IMG/VR virus record: IMGVR_UViG_3300006927_000001
Span: 17,874 to 81,873 of that record
From: a virus
Reading direction: 5' to 3' (one strand)
Length of the DNA stretch: 64,000 bases
How positions within the stretch are numbered: position 1 is the stretch's first letter; each line of letters starts with the position of its first letter. The notes beneath the pieces are model-generated. The model saw only the letters and a program-made list of their open reading frames with translations. It was not told where the DNA came from and made no database searches. A program made the position numbers and the translations under genes. Shown here piece after piece: positions 60,119 through 64,000 of this stretch.

Positions 60119-62002
60119 TTATACCTCCGCTACAGGTTGAAACCAAAACTGTGCAGAATGTCCACATTCATTGAAAACTTCTGCAAATTCTCCATTCGGA
60201 TTCACTATCAAACCGTCCCAAGTTCTATTTTCATGATCGCGTACCCTAACTAGATCACCAAGAGATAAATCAATCAAATTTAAAAGTGCGTCTTTTTGGG
60301 CATCTGACAATGTTTGGAAAGAAAATTGCCTAATTTCAAAAGTTGGCCATTGTGTTGCTTTGTAACTTATAGCATCCCCTCCACGAGATTTTCTTTGAAT
60401 ACGTGTAACAGTTAATTCTTCAATATCCCCCATTACAGGAGCAGGCAATGTAACAGTTGCTGTTGGACTGGTAGTTGGATAATCGATCTTGAAATCATAT
60501 AACAAGGTAATTGCTGGTTTTGTAGGTGTATCACCTTGTGGTTGATACTCATAAATTCCAGTACCACAAACAACAGTTGTACTAGGACCACCACCTGACC
60601 AAAGAATACCTAAAATAGTTTGTTCAAATGTAATTGTATCCTCAAGATCAAAATGCAAACAAAAATTCAAATCAATTGTCTGTGTGATCTCTAACGTGTG
60701 CACAATTTGATGTGCTTCACCACCAACAAGTTCCACACCAATTTCTTGAATAAGCCATAAATGATCAGTGATACTTTGTTCAAACTGCATCACTAAATGT
60801 GAAAGTTGATCAATGAATAAAGAATGTTCTATTGACTCACTATGACATTTAACAACAGTTATAGTTTGAACCCAAGTCAATTCATGTTGAATCTCTTTAT
60901 ACAAACCTACATCAGCTAATACAAATTGAGTAATACCTAGTGTATGTGTAACTGATTTTCCATACGAACCTAAAGTTGCAAATTCTTGTTCCAATACCAA
61001 AACATGTTCAACAGTTGCATCAAGAATAAAGGTTCCTGATACATCTTGATCAATAAGAAGAACACTTGTAATTGATTTGTTAAAAACACGTTGAACAGTA
61101 AACTCTTGCAAAATAACAAGTTCATGTGTAGGACATTCAGAAATAGTTATCTCATCCCATTCATGAATTATAATAAGATCGTGGATCACCTGTTCATCAT
61201 ACGTATCAGGTGCAGGCATATCCGTAGTGTATTCAACAACTAACAACGGAGATGTTGAATGTTCACTACTATTATTTTCTGCATTCCAAGACCAAGATCG
61301 AAAATGCCATTCACGTGTCATTTGACGTGTAACAGAAAAAAGATCAACATCCAATAAAAATGTTAAATGATCTCCAGGAGACCATGTACCATTTGGATGA
61401 ATATTTTCTGCATTTACCGTCATATCAAATAATTCTTGCGAGAAATCTGGTGTTGTTACTACCCCAACATTTGTACCAAATTCACAACAAGTGGCATTAT
61501 CATCCCAATCAATAGTTCGCCCATTCGTACCTGCAAAATTCCATATATTGTTTCCATGCGGAGATGAAGCCGGAATAGGAGCTTGTTGAAAATTAACGTG
61601 CCAATTTGGAACAATACGTATTCTGGGAAAACCTGGATGACCTCTGTTCACATTAGCATCTCTATCTGGATGTCCTAATGGGACAGCTAGATTAGGATTC
61701 CAATGAAAAACAAAAAAGGCACGTACAAAACGAATAAAAGGTTCTTGAGTAATTGAAGGAAAAGGTAAATTAAATCGCAACCAACTGATAGATGTTGCTG
61801 TCATGGCACCACCGAAAGGTGGCATAATATTAATGAAACCTGGACGAAGATCGTGAATCGTCCAATAAACAGATTCATTCTGCCAAGCAGCCGCGGGTGC
61901 AAGACCTGTGAGAAACCGCCCATCTCGGGAACCGTCATCATCGGTTCCAGGCGAGCCATCAGGTTTTAAGATTAGTTGTTGATTCAATGAAACAGTTGGC
62001 AT
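60119..62002 (-). CDS. tail protein with about ten HxLxIxQ repeats
   Basis: Repeats with a period of about 22 aa; located in the tail module. Confidence 0.55.
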   Translation of the reverse strand: MPTVSLNQQLILKPDGSPGTDDDGSRDGRFLTGLAPAAAWQNESVYWTIHDLRPGFINIMPPFGGAMTATSISWLRFNLPFPSITQEPFIRFVRAFFVFHWNPNLAVPLGHPDRDANVNRGHPGFPRIRIVPNWHVNFQQAPIPASSPHGNNIWNFAGTNGRTIDWDDNATCCEFGTNVGVVTTPDFSQELFDMTVNAENIHPNGTWSPGDHLTFLLDVDLFSVTRQMTREWHFRSWSWNAENNSSEHSTSPLLVVEYTTDMPAPDTYDEQVIHDLIIIHEWDEITISECPTHELVILQEFTVQRVFNKSITSVLLIDQDVSGTFILDATVEHVLVLEQEFATLGSYGKSVTHTLGITQFVLADVGLYKEIQHELTWVQTITVVKCHSESIEHSLFIDQLSHLVMQFEQSITDHLWLIQEIGVELVGGEAHQIVHTLEITQTIDLNFCLHFDLEDTITFEQTILGILWSGGGPSTTVVCGTGIYEYQPQGDTPTKPAITLLYDFKIDYPTTSPTATVTLPAPVMGDIEELTVTRIQRKSRGGDAISYKATQWPTFEIRQFSFQTLSDAQKDALLNLIDLSLGDLVRVRDHENRTWDGLIVNPNGEFAEVFNECGHSAQFWFQPVAEV

Positions 62003-62004
62003 TC

Positions 62005-62619
62005 TTAAGTCCGTATACCGTAAGTGATTTTCAATTCATCTGTATTAACAACATTCAAAGAAGAATCAAATGAACCACTTGCCCAAAGAATACCAGCAGT
62101 AGTCGTTGCAAGACTATCAATAAAAATACCATGAATCTCTGCTGTAGTATCAATAACAAAGGTTGAAACAGTATTCGTACCTTTGACCTTGGAAGCAGAA
62201 TTGGTATCATCCCATTCTTTACGATTACCTGCGTAATCAGTATTTTCCGCCCAACCCGCATGAGATGCTGATGTGTCATTTTCACTGGTTGTAGGTGTTG
62301 GTGATTGGTCAATTAGACCAACATACCATGGATCAATTTGAGTAACTGGAGTAGAATTGCCAAATACCACATCCAACAAATGATTTTTCCCAACAATGGT
62401 GATCTCATTGTAACCTTGTGTCGAAAAAACCATCTTACGTTCAGGTACCCAAATACCATTGATCTTTACATGATCAACGATACGCATGACCTTGGCTGTA
62501 AATCGATTTCGAAAAGTGATTGTGTCTTTAAAAGGCACAATACCTCTTTTAGGCTGTATAACTTCACCAGCCCGTACAAGTTGATTTCCGATCATTTGTC
62601 GGAGACTAATTCCGTGCAT
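62005..62619 (-). CDS. putative virion/tail protein
   Basis: GKNHLLD..F, WYVGLI, and SHAGWAE...YAGNR pattern that I recall from phage tail proteins. Confidence 0.5.
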   Translation of the reverse strand: MHGISLRQMIGNQLVRAGEVIQPKRGIVPFKDTITFRNRFTAKVMRIVDHVKINGIWVPERKMVFSTQGYNEITIVGKNHLLDVVFGNSTPVTQIDPWYVGLIDQSPTPTTSENDTSASHAGWAENTDYAGNRKEWDDTNSASKVKGTNTVSTFVIDTTAEIHGIFIDSLATTTAGILWASGSFDSSLNVVNTDELKITYGIRT

Positions 62620-64000
62620 TATATTCTTCTCCCTAAACCAAGTCGTAAACGACGTTCGAGACCGTTCGCGATCTCCGTAATTTGTTGCTCTGTTGTTCCA
62701 GCAGCGGCAGTTATGTGTGTATCCCCAAATGTGACATTGGTTCCACGTGCACCTGCAATATCTCGTGCACCATTGAAGTTGCGAATGTTCGGTGCTGCTT
62801 GATTGGAAGGAAGAATGTGTGGATTGCCCGAAAACACTGGACCTCCCCCTCCTCCTCCACCTCCCCCACCTCCCCCACCTCCCCCACCTCTGTCTCTCAA
62901 ATTTATATTTTGAACAGTTACTTGAAGTTGTGCATATGCTGCTTCAAGAGCTTGCACACCTTTTATCATTTCATCTGTCACATTAACAGATGTGTGTTTC
63001 AAATTTTCAAGAGTTGTTTCAAGATTGGTAGTTGTTTCATTCATTGCTGCCAAACTATCAGTCATAGTAGCAACAGCAAGATTTGCATCTTCAGTTTCTA
63101 TAACAGTTTTTTGATATTTTTTAAATGCTTCATTCATATCATTCAATAAACTAATTGCTTTACGTCCCTGTTCATCTCCACTCGATAAAACCAAACTTCC
63201 ATCACGTGCTTCAACAGGACCTCTATCTGTAAAATTCAGTAGGCCTTCCGGTTTAACACGTAAATTCAGTTTAGCTATTTCTTTTTGAGTAGCTAGAACT
63301 TTTTCCCACGCTTTAGTAACTCTTTGAAGACGTTCTTCTGTGAAATCATCAGCTTGTACTTCACGGTCTAAAGCACGTAATTGTGTTCTTAAACTGAGTA
63401 TCTGTACTTCAGCGTTTCGTACTTTTTCACGTGCTAAAAAATCTTCCTTACTCGGGGCGAAATTTCCTATTCGCCCAGGTATACTTTTATTTGTTGGATC
63501 CAATTGTGTTGTAAAATCAAGTAAAGCTTTTACGCGTTCTTCAGACACATCTAAGAACTGTAATAAGGCTTGTTGTCGTTTAGCCTGACTATCAGTTCTT
63601 AAATCATTAAGTCGTTCTAATGCAACTTTTTCAGCTTCAACACCTTTACGTACATTTTCAAGCCTTAAACGTAAAGCATCTGCTTGTTCTTTCCGTTGCA
63701 ACAATACTTCAGCCGCACGAGCTTCGCGTAACAATTCAAATGCAGCCCTTGGATCTAATCCCGCAGTCTTTGCTTCTTCTCCAGCTTTTTTAATCAAGCC
63801 TGCTAATTTAGCACTACCTGATTCAGGATCAAAAGTATCAATTGCCGTGACAGTTTCTTTTAATTTTTTAAGAGCATCTGTACGTTTCTTAAGAATTGCT
63901 TCCTCTTTAGCAGCTTCAGCTTCCTTGAATTTAGCATGTTCTCTTTCCATACGAATCTTAAATTCAAGAATATCTACCCGTGCTTGTTCCAATCTCTTAA
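62619..64000 (-). CDS. C-terminal part of tape measure protein
   Basis: Long helical Ala/Glu/Lys-rich ORF entering from the window edge, with a poly-Gly linker and C-terminal VTFGDTHIT. Confidence 0.65.
   Translation of the reverse strand, partial: KRLEQARVDILEFKIRMEREHAKFKEAEAAKEEAILKKRTDALKKLKETVTAIDTFDPESGSAKLAGLIKKAGEEAKTAGLDPRAAFELLREARAAEVLLQRKEQADALRLRLENVRKGVEAEKVALERLNDLRTDSQAKRQQALLQFLDVSEERVKALLDFTTQLDPTNKSIPGRIGNFAPSKEDFLAREKVRNAEVQILSLRTQLRALDREVQADDFTEERLQRVTKAWEKVLATQKEIAKLNLRVKPEGLLNFTDRGPVEARDGSLVLSSGDEQGRKAISLLNDMNEAFKKYQKTVIETEDANLAVATMTDSLAAMNETTTNLETTLENLKHTSVNVTDEMIKGVQALEAAYAQLQVTVQNINLRDRGGGGGGGGGGGGGGGGPVFSGNPHILPSNQAAPNIRNFNGARDIAGARGTNVTFGDTHITAAAGTTEQQITEIANGLERRLRLGLGRRI

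Noticed and set aside
62841-62890. C-rich tract as a phase-variation or G-quadruplex element
   Set aside because: It is explained by an in-frame poly-Gly linker in the tape measure protein.
1-64000. Stop-codon reassignment, DGR or retron
   Set aside because: Genes tile densely in the standard code, and I found no reverse transcriptase or adenine-specific TR/VR pair.

Overview
This window is part of a tailed dsDNA phage genome; no integrase or ParA is visible. The host is probably a planctomycete, inferred from CsrA, a PGS..KI..M..R...G..IHHP.D-type protein and secreted proteins of planctomycete style. Layout from left to right: (1) 1-2.6 kb, minus strand: terminase small subunit-like gene and a papain-like peptidase. 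(2) 2.6-7.1 kb: an unusual repeat-rich region, probably near the genome end or origin, holding four copies of a 33-bp palindrome, 41-bp and 19-bp tandem repeats, and back-to-back long inverted repeats that each enclose a small gene or structured segment. (3) 7-31 kb, minus strand: accessory genes including SAM methyltransferases, three sulfotransferase-fold proteins, a glycosyltransferase, a PRTase-HAD fusion, ThyA, DNA ligase, a sigma factor, CsrA and many small hypotheticals. (4) 31-46.4 kb, minus strand: replication and nucleotide genes (NrdJ, VRR-NUC, PolA, ParB, C5 MTase, DHH, SNF2, SSB-like, ParB). (5) 46.6-53 kb, plus strand, transcribed divergently: primase-helicase, kinase, Dam-like MTase, DEDDh exonuclease, dCTP deaminase. 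(6) 53-64 kb, minus strand: tail module with an embedded GT4 glycosyltransferase and the end of the tape measure gene. The best candidates for undescribed biology are the inverted-repeat-tiled 5.08-5.81 kb segment with a hidden 19-aa hydrophobic peptide, four ParB-family genes alongside four palindromes, and a sulfo/methyl/glycosyl-transferase toolkit. All calls come from reading motifs by eye; no searches were run.
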